Positions 1 through 9,705 of a DNA stretch of 64,000 nucleotides are shown in pieces; within the stretch, counting starts at the first letter, position 1, and each line of letters begins with the position of its first letter. The stretch covers positions 120,929 to 184,928 of the forward strand of contig JAYODU010000003.1 of the NCBI GenBank assembly GCA_038106445.1. Reading direction: 5' to 3'. The notes under the pieces were generated by a model. That model did not search any database and was not told the DNA's origin. It saw only the letters and a program-made list of their open reading frames with translations. The DNA comes from Kordiimonadaceae bacterium (GTDB lineage Bacteria > Pseudomonadota > Alphaproteobacteria > Sphingomonadales > Emcibacteraceae). Position numbers and translations under genes: made by a program.

Positions 1-2
1 CA

Positions 3-1574
3 CCCGAATTTGAAGATACGCGACCTTTTGTTGCAATTGCTGAATATCTGGTTGGTATCGGGCTCTCGGCACCGCTAATCTATGCGAGTGATTTTGAACA
101 AGGGTTCTTGTTATTAGAAGACTTGGGTGATGATCTGTTCAAAACCGCACTTGAAAAAGATATTAAGCGTGAACAGGGGCTATATGATCAGGCGGTATTG
201 GAACTTGTTAAGCTAAACAATATTCCATATAAGAAAATACTCGATTATTCAGGGGGCAATTATAAGGTTCCAACTTATGATGTGCAAAGGCTGCTTTCTG
301 AAATTGATTTGTTTACGGATTGGTATTATCCGGCCCTTATGGGTAAACGCATGCCTATTGATAAACGTGAATTTTTCAGGGATTTATGGACATCTCTGCT
401 TCGCAAGCTTGGTACACCTGATGAATGTCTGGTTCTTCGGGACTACCATGCTGAAAATTTACTTGAGCTTGAAAATGGTCAAATCGGAATGATTGATTTT
501 CAGGATGCCGTTATCGGACATAGTGCCTATGATCTGGTATCTTTATTGCAGGACGCAAGAAGAGATGTGGACCCACGCATCGAAGAACTCATGATTACAA
601 AATATGCTAAAGCGTTAGGTCGTGACGAGCAGCAATTCCGGGAACAATATGCTATCCTTGGGGCGCAGCGGAATATGAAAATCATAGGCATATTTGCGAG
701 GCTTTCATTACGTGATGGTAAAAATAATTATATTGCCTACCTGCCGCGTATGTGGGGACTTTTGGAAAGATGCCTATTACATCCTGTTCTAAAGGACATT
801 AAAGAATGGGTGGATCGTGAATTGCCAATAAAAAGGCATGATCCGCTTGAAGTTCAAGGGTTATATCCGGATCATGCAATGATATTGGCGGCCGGGCTAG
901 GGCTTCGTATGCGGCCTATGACAGATAATCTGCCGAAACCGCTAATCAAAATTAACAACAAGGAAATGCTTGCTCATACGCTTGATGGGATCGTAGCAGC
1001 AGGTATTAAAACGACAGTTATCAATATGCATTTTTGTGCTGACCAGATTATGGATTTTGTAAAAAACCGAAAAGACTGGCGCCCGGAAATTAAACTTTCT
1101 GATGAACGTGATAACCTGCTGGATAGCGGGGGTGGTATAAAAAATGCACTGCCGCTTCTGGGAAATAATCCTTTCTATATATTAAATAGTGATATGATCT
1201 GGACTGAGCGGGGATTTCCCGCTTTATCGCGACTAGCGACAAGCTGGGATAACAGCATGGATATATTAATGCTGCTTGTCAGGAAAGATAAGGCATATGG
1301 CCATGATGGTCCGGGGGATTTCCATATGGATGAAAACGGAAGGCTTATCTTCCGTGGCGATGACCCTGTGAGCGATTTTTATTATAGCGGTATGCTTATA
1401 ATAAGGCCGGAATGTTTTGAAAATGTAGACGAAGATATATTTTCGCTTCGTAAATTATTCAGAAAAGCCGAGGGTGATGGTCGGCTTTTTGGTCTTGTGC
1501 ATGAAGGTGAATGGTATCATGTAGGCATACCGGATGCGGTAAACGAAACGGAAAGACTTCTGAAGGGAGAATAA
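3..1574 (+). CDS. AmgK-like MurNAc/GlcNAc anomeric kinase fused to MurU-like MurNAc-1-P uridylyltransferase (5' partial, continues upstream of window)
   Basis: The frame is open from base 3 (PEFEDTRPFVAIAEYL precedes the listed M at 108). The first half has APH/choline-kinase-fold motifs (LRDYHAENLL, MIDFQDA). The second half starts near 879 with the nucleotidyltransferase G-loop MILAAGLGLRMRPMT..KPL. There is no stop codon between the halves. It sits directly upstream of addB-addA-trxA. Confidence 0.75.
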   Translation, partial: PEFEDTRPFVAIAEYLVGIGLSAPLIYASDFEQGFLLLEDLGDDLFKTALEKDIKREQGLYDQAVLELVKLNNIPYKKILDYSGGNYKVPTYDVQRLLSEIDLFTDWYYPALMGKRMPIDKREFFRDLWTSLLRKLGTPDECLVLRDYHAENLLELENGQIGMIDFQDAVIGHSAYDLVSLLQDARRDVDPRIEELMITKYAKALGRDEQQFREQYAILGAQRNMKIIGIFARLSLRDGKNNYIAYLPRMWGLLERCLLHPVLKDIKEWVDRELPIKRHDPLEVQGLYPDHAMILAAGLGLRMRPMTDNLPKPLIKINNKEMLAHTLDGIVAAGIKTTVINMHFCADQIMDFVKNRKDWRPEIKLSDERDNLLDSGGGIKNALPLLGNNPFYILNSDMIWTERGFPALSRLATSWDNSMDILMLLVRKDKAYGHDGPGDFHMDENGRLIFRGDDPVSDFYYSGMLIIRPECFENVDEDIFSLRKLFRKAEGDGRLFGLVHEGEWYHVGIPDAVNETERLLKGE

Positions 1575-4546
1575 TGCCAAGACGTCTTGGAAAAGAACCC
1601 GAAATATATAATATCCCTGCCCATCAGTCCTTTGTTGATGTACTTGCAAAAGGCGTTATGGACCGGTTTGGCAGTGATCCGATAAGTTTGAGTAAGGTTC
1701 TTATTCTGCTACCCAACCGACGTGCTGTTCGTTCTCTAAGTGAAGCTTTTTTAAGATTGATGAATGGCAAAGCGGCAATTCTGCCCAATATGCAGCCAAT
1801 TGGTGATGTCGATGAAGACGGTCTTGTAATCGGTGGTGGTGGATTTTATGAGCATCTTGAAATTAGACCATCTACCCCTGTCTTTCTTCGGCGAGCAATT
1901 CTTATGGATATCATTGCGTCATGGTATCGCCGCAGGGGAGAAGATATTCCGGAAAGTGCAAACAGGGCACAACTGGCTTTGGCATTGGAACATCTGCTTG
2001 ATCAGATTCAAACCGAAGAACTAAGCATCAATGAACTGAAAAATATTGTTCCCGAGAAATACTCTGTTCACTGGCAACAGACATTGGAATTTTTGAAAAT
2101 ACTGACTGAACACTGGCCTCAAGTACTGAAATTGACCGGATATATGGATGCTGCTGAACGTCGAAATTTATTGATGACGATGCTTGGGAAAAATTGGCTT
2201 GATAATCCACCCCTTGATCCCATTATTGCGGCGGGTTCAACCGGTTCGATAAAGGCTACATCATCCTTGCTTGATGTTATTGCGAGACTGCCTAAAGGGA
2301 TAGTCGTGTTGCCTGGTATTGACAGAAATTTGGACGATGAAAGTTGGGAAGCTATTTCAAATGCGCACCCTCAGGCAATGATGAAAGCTTTGTTGAACCG
2401 AATGCGGGTTGATCGCTTGGATATAAAAAACTGGGATGGTAGCGACGAGCAGATTGATCACAATAAAACAATCCTGTTCAGAGAGATAATGCGACCCTCA
2501 GCAGCAACATACAAGTGGCGAGACCTGGATTGGAATACATCAGAATTATTGGAAAGTATTGAGCAGGTCGTTGCGCCGGGCATCCGTGAAGAAGCAGGTA
2601 TTATTGCATTTAAAATGAGGGAACAGCTTGAAAAGCCAGGCAAAACGGCTGCGTTGATAACGCCGGATCGTATGCTAGCCAGACAGGTCGCTAGTGAACT
2701 GGAAAGATGGCAAATCAAGGTAGATGATAGTGCGGGTACACCGCTTTTCAATACGCCAACCGGTACTTATCTGCGTTTAATTACGGAAATGGCGGGTGAA
2801 AGATTTGCACCGGTTCCTTTTCTATCTGCTTTAAAGCATCCGCTTATGGCGGCCGGATATAAGCCTGGAGAATTCAGATCCTTTGCAAGGAAACTTGAAC
2901 GTGATTATTTGCGAGGCCCGCGCCCGAAAGAGGGATTGACCGGTCTTTCCAGCCTTATTAAAAATAAAAGCAGTTTAAATAAAAAATTTGATGATTGGTG
3001 GGAGCGCTTATCAACCATACTAAAACCGTTTGAGCAGGTTATAACATCAGAATGCGCAAAATTTGAAGATTTGCTGGTAACACATATTGAGGTTGCCGAA
3101 GCGTTGGCACGAACAGACACAAAAGCAGGTGCTGAAAGATTATGGAGTGGGGATGATGGTGAAGCCGCAGCGGAGTTGGTGGCAGAATTAATCGAAGCAG
3201 CGCAAACTTTTAAAACAATGCCTGGCGGGGAATATCCAGCTTTGTTTAGTCAGCTTATGAGTGGCGTTACAGTTCGTGCAAAGTATGGCACGCATCCAAG
3301 GCTTTATATATGGGGGCCTTTGGAAGCCAGGCTCCAGCAGGCAGACCTTATGATTTTATCGGGCTTAAATGAAGGAAGCTGGCCGCCGGAGTATAAAGCA
3401 GACCCGTGGATGAGCAGACCTATGAGAAGGGATTTTGGACTTCCTGACCTGGATCAGAAAACTGGCTTAAGTGCGCATGACTTCGTTCAGGCAGCTTCGG
3501 CAGATAATGTCGTCATTACCCGATCCGAAAAAATGGATGGAACACCAACAGTCAAGTCACGTTGGCTTAGTCGGCTGCATGCTATTATCGGCGAAAACCA
3601 TCACGTAGAACATTCGGAGAAATGGTTGCGGTGGTATTCAAAGCTTGATCAGCCTGATCAGAGCTCAAAACCTGTTGATCCCCCATGTCCAAGACCGCCT
3701 GTTGAAGCAAGACCACGTGATCTTTCTGTAACACGAATTCAGCTATGGATGCAGGATCCATATAGCCTTTATGCAAGTAAGATACTCAAACTTAAAAAAC
3801 TTGATGATCTGGATCAGGATCCGACAGCGATTGAAAAGGGAGTTATGATCCATAGAATTCTTGAAGAATTTATGGCTTCCTATAAAGACGAATTGCCTGA
3901 TGATGCACTGGATAAGTTTATAAAAATAGGGAAACGCTATTTTGATACTGAAATTGATAAACCGTCGGTAACAGCATTTTGGTGGCCAAGATTTAAGCAG
4001 ATCGCTGAATGGTTTATCGCAGAAGAAATAAACAGACGTCAATATGCGACAACCATTGCTACAGAAACATTGGGGGAAATAAGTTTTGCCGCACCTGCAG
4101 GGCAATTTAAACTTTCGGCACGGGCGGATAGAATTGATGCTTTTAAAGATGGCGGGTATAGTGTTATTGATTATAAAACAGGCAACCCGCCGTCAGTTCG
4201 GGAGCTGAAATCGGGCTTTGCACCACAATTACCTCTTGAGGCAGCAATCGCAATCCGTAACGGATTTCATTCAATAAAATCGGACGAAATTCGTGAATTA
4301 TCATACTGGAAGTTGTCTGGAGGCGAGATTGCCGGACATAAGGCAGAGTTTCGGGTAGATTCACACTTAAAGTCAAGAAGGGTTGATGTTTCTGTTGAAG
4401 CACAAAAAGCATATGAGGGTCTGCTTAAACTGGTGGCAACTTTTGATTTGCCGGACACACCTTATTTAAATAAACCCAGACCACAATCAATTGGCTACGG
4501 TGAATATGACCACCTTGCCCGTACCAAGGAATGGGGGAACGGTTGA
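1574..4546 (+). CDS. addB: double-strand break repair protein AddB (alphaproteobacterial type)
   Basis: About 990 aa, directly upstream of the AddA helicase. C-terminal PD-(D/E)XK nuclease signature (ARADRIDAF..GGYSVIDYKTG). The start was chosen at ATG 1574, which overlaps the upstream TAA by 1 nt (ATAATG), rather than the track start at 1511. Confidence 0.85.
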   Translation: MPRRLGKEPEIYNIPAHQSFVDVLAKGVMDRFGSDPISLSKVLILLPNRRAVRSLSEAFLRLMNGKAAILPNMQPIGDVDEDGLVIGGGGFYEHLEIRPSTPVFLRRAILMDIIASWYRRRGEDIPESANRAQLALALEHLLDQIQTEELSINELKNIVPEKYSVHWQQTLEFLKILTEHWPQVLKLTGYMDAAERRNLLMTMLGKNWLDNPPLDPIIAAGSTGSIKATSSLLDVIARLPKGIVVLPGIDRNLDDESWEAISNAHPQAMMKALLNRMRVDRLDIKNWDGSDEQIDHNKTILFREIMRPSAATYKWRDLDWNTSELLESIEQVVAPGIREEAGIIAFKMREQLEKPGKTAALITPDRMLARQVASELERWQIKVDDSAGTPLFNTPTGTYLRLITEMAGERFAPVPFLSALKHPLMAAGYKPGEFRSFARKLERDYLRGPRPKEGLTGLSSLIKNKSSLNKKFDDWWERLSTILKPFEQVITSECAKFEDLLVTHIEVAEALARTDTKAGAERLWSGDDGEAAAELVAELIEAAQTFKTMPGGEYPALFSQLMSGVTVRAKYGTHPRLYIWGPLEARLQQADLMILSGLNEGSWPPEYKADPWMSRPMRRDFGLPDLDQKTGLSAHDFVQAASADNVVITRSEKMDGTPTVKSRWLSRLHAIIGENHHVEHSEKWLRWYSKLDQPDQSSKPVDPPCPRPPVEARPRDLSVTRIQLWMQDPYSLYASKILKLKKLDDLDQDPTAIEKGVMIHRILEEFMASYKDELPDDALDKFIKIGKRYFDTEIDKPSVTAFWWPRFKQIAEWFIAEEINRRQYATTIATETLGEISFAAPAGQFKLSARADRIDAFKDGGYSVIDYKTGNPPSVRELKSGFAPQLPLEAAIAIRNGFHSIKSDEIRELSYWKLSGGEIAGHKAEFRVDSHLKSRRVDVSVEAQKAYEGLLKLVATFDLPDTPYLNKPRPQSIGYGEYDHLARTKEWGNG

Positions 4547-7500
4547 TGGTACAGCAAACCTCTGAACAGTTACTTGCATCTGATCCCCAATATTCTGTGT
4601 GGGTTGGCGCATCTGCGGGTACAGGTAAGACATTTGTACTTACAAACCGTGTTTTACGTCTGATGCTGGCAGGGACACGACCAGATAAAATATTATGTCT
4701 GACCTATACTAATACCGCGGCGGCCGAGATGGCTATCCGTGTTAATAACCGACTGGCGAAATGGATATCTCTTGATGATAGCATTCTTTTTGATGAGCTT
4801 TGTGAACTGTTGGGCTGTGCACCAAATCAAGAACAGATAAGCTTATCCAAGCGGCTGTTCGCTGATGTTCTCGATGTGCCGGGTGGGCTTAAAATTCAAA
4901 CGATACATTCTTTTTGCCAATCATTACTTGGGCGCTTTCCAATAGAAGCGCATGTTTCTCCCGGCTTTGATTTGCTTGATGAAATCACGATCAATGAACA
5001 GCTCAGGCTGTCACGTGATGAACTGTTGTTGAATATTCATATGGGTGAAGACAATGATCTGAAAAATGCACTTACTAAAATTTCTCAGGTAATTGCAGAA
5101 ACTACATTTGTGCAATTGATGAAATCAATTATTGCTGAACGTGACAGTATAGACCATTTATTCGACATTAATAATAATTCAGTGAAAAAAGTAATTAGCT
5201 CACTTAAGTTGCTATTAGGACTATCTGTTGAGGATACACGCGACACTATATTGGATGCTGCCTGTAGTGATAAAAGTTTTAATATATCTGCTTTGAAAAA
5301 AGCGTCGCAGATTTTAAAAACAGGTAGGAAAACTGATGTTGATAGAGGGGAAATTATTGCTAACTGGATAAATCAAAAAAAATCCCGTAAAGAAAATTTC
5401 GAAAATTATAAGAAAGCATATTTAAGAAGTACAGATGGGGATTTCTTAAAAACCTATATGACCAAGGATCTTGCGCTCGCCAATGGGGCAGCACTTGAAA
5501 CGCTGATTAAAGAAGCAGAAAGAGTAAAATTTGTAACAGAAAGGCTAAAGGCGTTTGAGCTGTTTGAAAATACTACTGCAATATTAAGATTGGGTGATGC
5601 TTTACTAACTACTTATAAAAAAAGAAAAAAAATACATAATGTAATGGATTATGACGACCTGATAATGAAGGTACGTAATTTACTCAAGATTCCGGGAGGA
5701 GCGAGTTGGGTACTTTATAAACTGGATGAAGGTATCGATCATATCCTTATCGATGAAGCTCAGGACACTAACCCGTCGCAGTGGGAAGTCATACGCCATT
5801 TGGCGTTTGAATATTTTGCAGGGATAGGTACGCGTGATGAACAAATATTGTCCGAGCATCCAAGGACTATTTTTGCAGTTGGCGATGTTAAACAGTCAAT
5901 TTATTCTTTCCAGAAAGCCGATCCAAAACATTTTGTATCTAATGGCGATGTTTTTATGAAGCAGGCGCAAGATGCGGGCCTCCAGAACGCATCTGTGCCG
6001 ATGAATTTATCCTTCCGATCAACGTCAACTATCTTAAATGTTGTGGATCAAGTGTTTAAGAATGAGGAGGACCGAAAGGCAATTTCGTTTTCACTTGATG
6101 AAATACATCACGACACAAGCCGGGCCGGTGAAGCTGGTCTTGTGGAGATTTGGGAAACAATTAAACCCGTCGATGAAGAACCAGATGATGATTGGTCACC
6201 ACCTGTTATACAAACACCGGAAATTGACCCTAGAAGAATGGTAGCTGAACGCATAGCTGACCAGATTAAACAGTGGCTGGATAATGGTGAAAAGTTGAAA
6301 TCAAAGGACTGTGTTATCAAGGCCAGTGATATTTTAATTCTTGTTCAAAAGAGAAAAGAATTTGTGAATTATATGATCAGGGCGCTAAAAGCGCGCAATA
6401 TCCCTGTTGCAGGTCTTGATCGGATGGAACTTACTGACCAATTGGCTGTAATGGACCTTATCGCCGCCGCGAAATTTACACTGCTTCCTGAAGACGATCT
6501 GAATCTTGCTATCGTTCTTAGAAGCCCGCTCATCGGATTGGATGAAGATGATTTATTCGAGCTTGCTTATCACAGGGAAGACGGTGAGAAACTATGGGAT
6601 GCGATGTTAAGGCGCAAAAATGAAAAAAATAGCTTTAAACATGCCGCAGAAGCCTTAATTAACCTGACAACAATTGCGGATTTTCAACCACCATATGAAT
6701 TTTTTAATAGTATTCTTGGACCTATGGGTGGTCGAAAAAAAATAGTTGCCCGTCTTGGCGAGCAGGCAATAGATCCGATCGATGAATTTTTAATTCAGGC
6801 ACTTAATTTTGAAAAAAATAACGCATCATCAATGCAGGGCTTCTTACACTGGCTTGAAAGCGGTGAAATAAAGGTCAAACGAGACATGGATCAGGGTGGC
6901 GATATGGTACGCATAATGACTGTCCATGGAGCCAAGGGACTTCAGGCACCGATTGTGTTTCTAGCGGATACCTGCCAAACATCAGATATGCGTCAGGAAC
7001 AGTTACTCTGGTATGCTGATGAAGAGAAACGGGAAAAAGCACTGATATGGAGGCAGAAAAAAGAGAATCTTACCGGTATTGGCCTTGCTGCATATAAGGA
7101 CAGGGAAGCCAAAATTAAAAATGAAAGCAAAAGGCTTTTATATGTTGCGATGACACGAGCGGAAGATCGTCTTTATGTTACCGGTTTTGAAGATCGTGGC
7201 AGCAGAACTCTAAGTGATGATTGCTGGTATTCGATGATAAGAACTGCTGTATTGGGTATGGATGGCATTAAAGAAGTTGCCGAGGGTGAAGAAACCATAC
7301 TTAGGCTTGAACGCGGCGGAAATATTGTAAAACGTGATGAAGTAAAGAAGCATGAAAAAATAAAAAATATTATGCCCCTGCCAGCTTATGCATATTTACC
7401 ACCAGATCATGAACCAACCCCGACAAAACCGTTAACACCATCACGACCTGATGAAAAGGAAACAGTGACAAGTCCGCTTTACCGTAAACAATCGATGGAA

Positions 7501-8004
7501 CGTGAAAATAAAAAATATCATCGTGGTCGTCTAATCCATAAATTGCTGGAAATATTACCAGACATAAACGCAGAAAACAGAAAGATAGTGGCCGAGAAAT
7601 ATTTATCACAAAGTGCGCATGGTCTTTTGAAAAAAGACATTCAACAGATAAGCAAAGAAGTAATGGCTGTGTTTGAGGATGAAAGATTTGCGGCTTTATT
7701 TTCGGATGCGAGCCGCGCAGAAGTGCCCATTGTTGGGCAGGTTGGTAATTATACGATTAGTGGATTTGTGGATAGACTGGTTATTGAGGGTAATGAAATA
7801 TTAATCGTTGACTATAAAACCAATCGCCCACCACCAGAAACGGCAGATAAAACACCAAAGCTTTATTTGCGGCAGATGGCCGCATACAGAAAAATATTGA
7901 GCGATATTTATCCAGATCACACCATAAGATCAATGTTACTGTGGACGGATAATTGTTCGCTGATGGAAATTCCGGATCATTTACTGGATAAAATAGAATT
8001 TTAA
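4546..8004 (+). CDS. addA: double-strand break repair helicase-nuclease AddA (UvrD/Rep superfamily 1)
   Basis: Walker A GASAGTGKT near the N-terminus, DEAQDT helicase motif II, VHGAKGLQAP and YVAMTRA late helicase motifs, and a C-terminal nuclease motif (GFVDRLVI..ILIVDYKT). ATG 4546 overlaps the addB TGA by 1 nt (TGATG). Confidence 0.9.
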   Translation: MVQQTSEQLLASDPQYSVWVGASAGTGKTFVLTNRVLRLMLAGTRPDKILCLTYTNTAAAEMAIRVNNRLAKWISLDDSILFDELCELLGCAPNQEQISLSKRLFADVLDVPGGLKIQTIHSFCQSLLGRFPIEAHVSPGFDLLDEITINEQLRLSRDELLLNIHMGEDNDLKNALTKISQVIAETTFVQLMKSIIAERDSIDHLFDINNNSVKKVISSLKLLLGLSVEDTRDTILDAACSDKSFNISALKKASQILKTGRKTDVDRGEIIANWINQKKSRKENFENYKKAYLRSTDGDFLKTYMTKDLALANGAALETLIKEAERVKFVTERLKAFELFENTTAILRLGDALLTTYKKRKKIHNVMDYDDLIMKVRNLLKIPGGASWVLYKLDEGIDHILIDEAQDTNPSQWEVIRHLAFEYFAGIGTRDEQILSEHPRTIFAVGDVKQSIYSFQKADPKHFVSNGDVFMKQAQDAGLQNASVPMNLSFRSTSTILNVVDQVFKNEEDRKAISFSLDEIHHDTSRAGEAGLVEIWETIKPVDEEPDDDWSPPVIQTPEIDPRRMVAERIADQIKQWLDNGEKLKSKDCVIKASDILILVQKRKEFVNYMIRALKARNIPVAGLDRMELTDQLAVMDLIAAAKFTLLPEDDLNLAIVLRSPLIGLDEDDLFELAYHREDGEKLWDAMLRRKNEKNSFKHAAEALINLTTIADFQPPYEFFNSILGPMGGRKKIVARLGEQAIDPIDEFLIQALNFEKNNASSMQGFLHWLESGEIKVKRDMDQGGDMVRIMTVHGAKGLQAPIVFLADTCQTSDMRQEQLLWYADEEKREKALIWRQKKENLTGIGLAAYKDREAKIKNESKRLLYVAMTRAEDRLYVTGFEDRGSRTLSDDCWYSMIRTAVLGMDGIKEVAEGEETILRLERGGNIVKRDEVKKHEKIKNIMPLPAYAYLPPDHEPTPTKPLTPSRPDEKETVTSPLYRKQSMERENKKYHRGRLIHKLLEILPDINAENRKIVAEKYLSQSAHGLLKKDIQQISKEVMAVFEDERFAALFSDASRAEVPIVGQVGNYTISGFVDRLVIEGNEILIVDYKTNRPPPETADKTPKLYLRQMAAYRKILSDIYPDHTIRSMLLWTDNCSLMEIPDHLLDKIEF

Positions 8005-8083
8005 TGTATCTGCCTCTTGACGGTGGCCCTTTGGCTTCCTAAGTTCTGTAAGTAATTTAATAATTTTAATAAAGGAACGTCTT

Positions 8084-8401
8084 ATGAGCGTTATTGCTGT
8101 GACCGATGACAAATTTGAAAGTGAAGTATTAAAATCCGACAAGCCGGTGGTCGTGGATTTCTGGGCCGAATGGTGTGGCCCCTGTAAACAATTCGGCCCC
8201 GTATTTGAGGCTGTTTCTGATACTGTAGATGGCGTTACCTTTGCAAAAGTGAATATCGATGAAAACCCGGAAGCACCAACGCGATTTGGCATTAGAAGCA
8301 TTCCAACGATGTTAATGTTCAAAAACGGTGCAGTTGCCGCCATGAAAGTCGGTAATACAACACGCGGTGATTTTGAAAGCTGGATTAGCGAAAACGCATA
8401 A
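8084..8401 (+). CDS. trxA: thioredoxin
   Basis: 105 aa with the WCGPC active site (FWAEWCGPCKQ) and the typical thioredoxin length and layout. Confidence 0.95.
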   Translation: MSVIAVTDDKFESEVLKSDKPVVVDFWAEWCGPCKQFGPVFEAVSDTVDGVTFAKVNIDENPEAPTRFGIRSIPTMLMFKNGAVAAMKVGNTTRGDFESWISENA

Positions 8402-8423
8402 TTTAATGATTAAGCTGTTTCAA

Positions 8424-8452
8424 GGGCGTCTTTTTTAAAGACGCCCTATTTT
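8424..8452. terminator. rho-independent terminator between convergent trxA and aminotransferase AT1
   Basis: GGGCGTCTTT / AAAGACGCCC 10-bp stem with a 3-nt loop, followed by TATTTT on the plus strand. The U-tract on the minus strand is poor. Confidence 0.7.
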
Positions 8453-8456
8453 GTGC

Positions 8457-9581
8457 TTAGCTAAAGAATTCTTTTTCATAAACTTCGGTAAAGAAAACCA
8501 TGTCTTCGGGCCTTGCTGTGCTTATACGCATCCAGTCAAGCAGTGGTGGAAAAGGTCTGCCGATTGCAATGCCATGTTTGCGGATACGGTTATAAACTTC
8601 AACAACATCCATTCCTGTGTGGAAAAATGTAAAGTTAGCGTTTGATTTTATATGCCTCATGCCATGTTTATCGAAAAAATCATACAGAACCTGAAGTGCT
8701 TCAGCATTTTTACGAAGGACAAATTCCTGGTACTCTTTATCTTTATAACTTTCAATCGCACCCCACATGGCGGGACCATTAATGGAACCTGTCATCATGG
8801 TTCTGATTTTGGTAAGCATTTCAGGGGATCCAAATCCAAATCCAATTCTGATCCCGGCAAAAGCATGGATTTTCGATGCTGTTCTGGTAACGATCAAATT
8901 GGGATGATCGGGCACAAGCGGGATCATGGTCTGATAGTTTGGATCCACGACATATTCATAATAGGCTTCATCGACAAAAACATAGCATTTTTGCGACATT
9001 TCCTGAACAAAGGCTTTCAGTTTTTCACCGTGCATTACGGTCGGGATTGGATTGTTGGGGTTGCATAGATAAATAATCCTTACATCATCCGTATAGGCAT
9101 CATACATTGCATCCAGATCGATAGATAAGTCATCTGCAACCGGAACCCAGGTTTTTTCTATGCCGCGCCAATCGCTATATTCCATAAATGTATCATCATA
9201 GGTGGGTTGGGGGGCGAGTATTTTCCCGCCTTCAAGTGCGACCATTAATGCAAGCGTTTTTAAAATTTCACCAGACCCGCCAGCCACCATAACATTTTCA
9301 GTCGGAACCCCTTCCATACTGGCAATAAGTTCAGTTAGCGGACGTTGTCCGCCACCACCACCATATAGATGGCCATATTTATGAGCATTGTGCATGGCGT
9401 TACTGGCTTTTTTATTTACGCCATATGGATTTTCATTTGAACTCATGCGGATTGGATTTTCCGGCGTGGGTACATATCCTTCAATTGTAATGCTTTGTGC
9501 ATGGGCATTTGCGGCAAGGGCTGCGCCACCAATGAGTGCAGTACCGCCAATAAGCCATTCGCGTCTTGTTAAATTGGTCAT
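8457..9581 (-). CDS. Tat-signal HisC-like (class I/II) PLP aminotransferase, array copy AT1
   Basis: N-terminus MTNLTRREWLIGGTALIGGAALAANAHAQ (T-R-R-x-W-L, hydrophobic core, AHA-Q). Aminotransferase landmarks SSNENPYG, NPNNPIPT, DEAYYEYV, and the PLP-Lys context RTASKIHAFAGIRIG. Confidence 0.85.
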   Translation of the reverse strand: MTNLTRREWLIGGTALIGGAALAANAHAQSITIEGYVPTPENPIRMSSNENPYGVNKKASNAMHNAHKYGHLYGGGGGQRPLTELIASMEGVPTENVMVAGGSGEILKTLALMVALEGGKILAPQPTYDDTFMEYSDWRGIEKTWVPVADDLSIDLDAMYDAYTDDVRIIYLCNPNNPIPTVMHGEKLKAFVQEMSQKCYVFVDEAYYEYVVDPNYQTMIPLVPDHPNLIVTRTASKIHAFAGIRIGFGFGSPEMLTKIRTMMTGSINGPAMWGAIESYKDKEYQEFVLRKNAEALQVLYDFFDKHGMRHIKSNANFTFFHTGMDVVEVYNRIRKHGIAIGRPFPPLLDWMRISTARPEDMVFFTEVYEKEFFS

Positions 9582-9644
9582 ATTCTCTTCCCTCCAGGTT
9601 TTTCCCTAAAGAAGGATAGCAAATTAATTGAGTATGTAACACAA

Positions 9645-9682
9645 AATAAAAAAGGCGTCAGAACAAAGCAGTGCTGACGCCC
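9645..9682 (-). terminator. rho-independent terminator after AT2
   Basis: GGCGTCAG / CTGACGCC stem. Read on the minus strand it is followed by TTTTTTATTTT. Confidence 0.7.
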
Positions 9683-9705
9683 TATTGAATAATTTTAAAT
9701 AAGGA

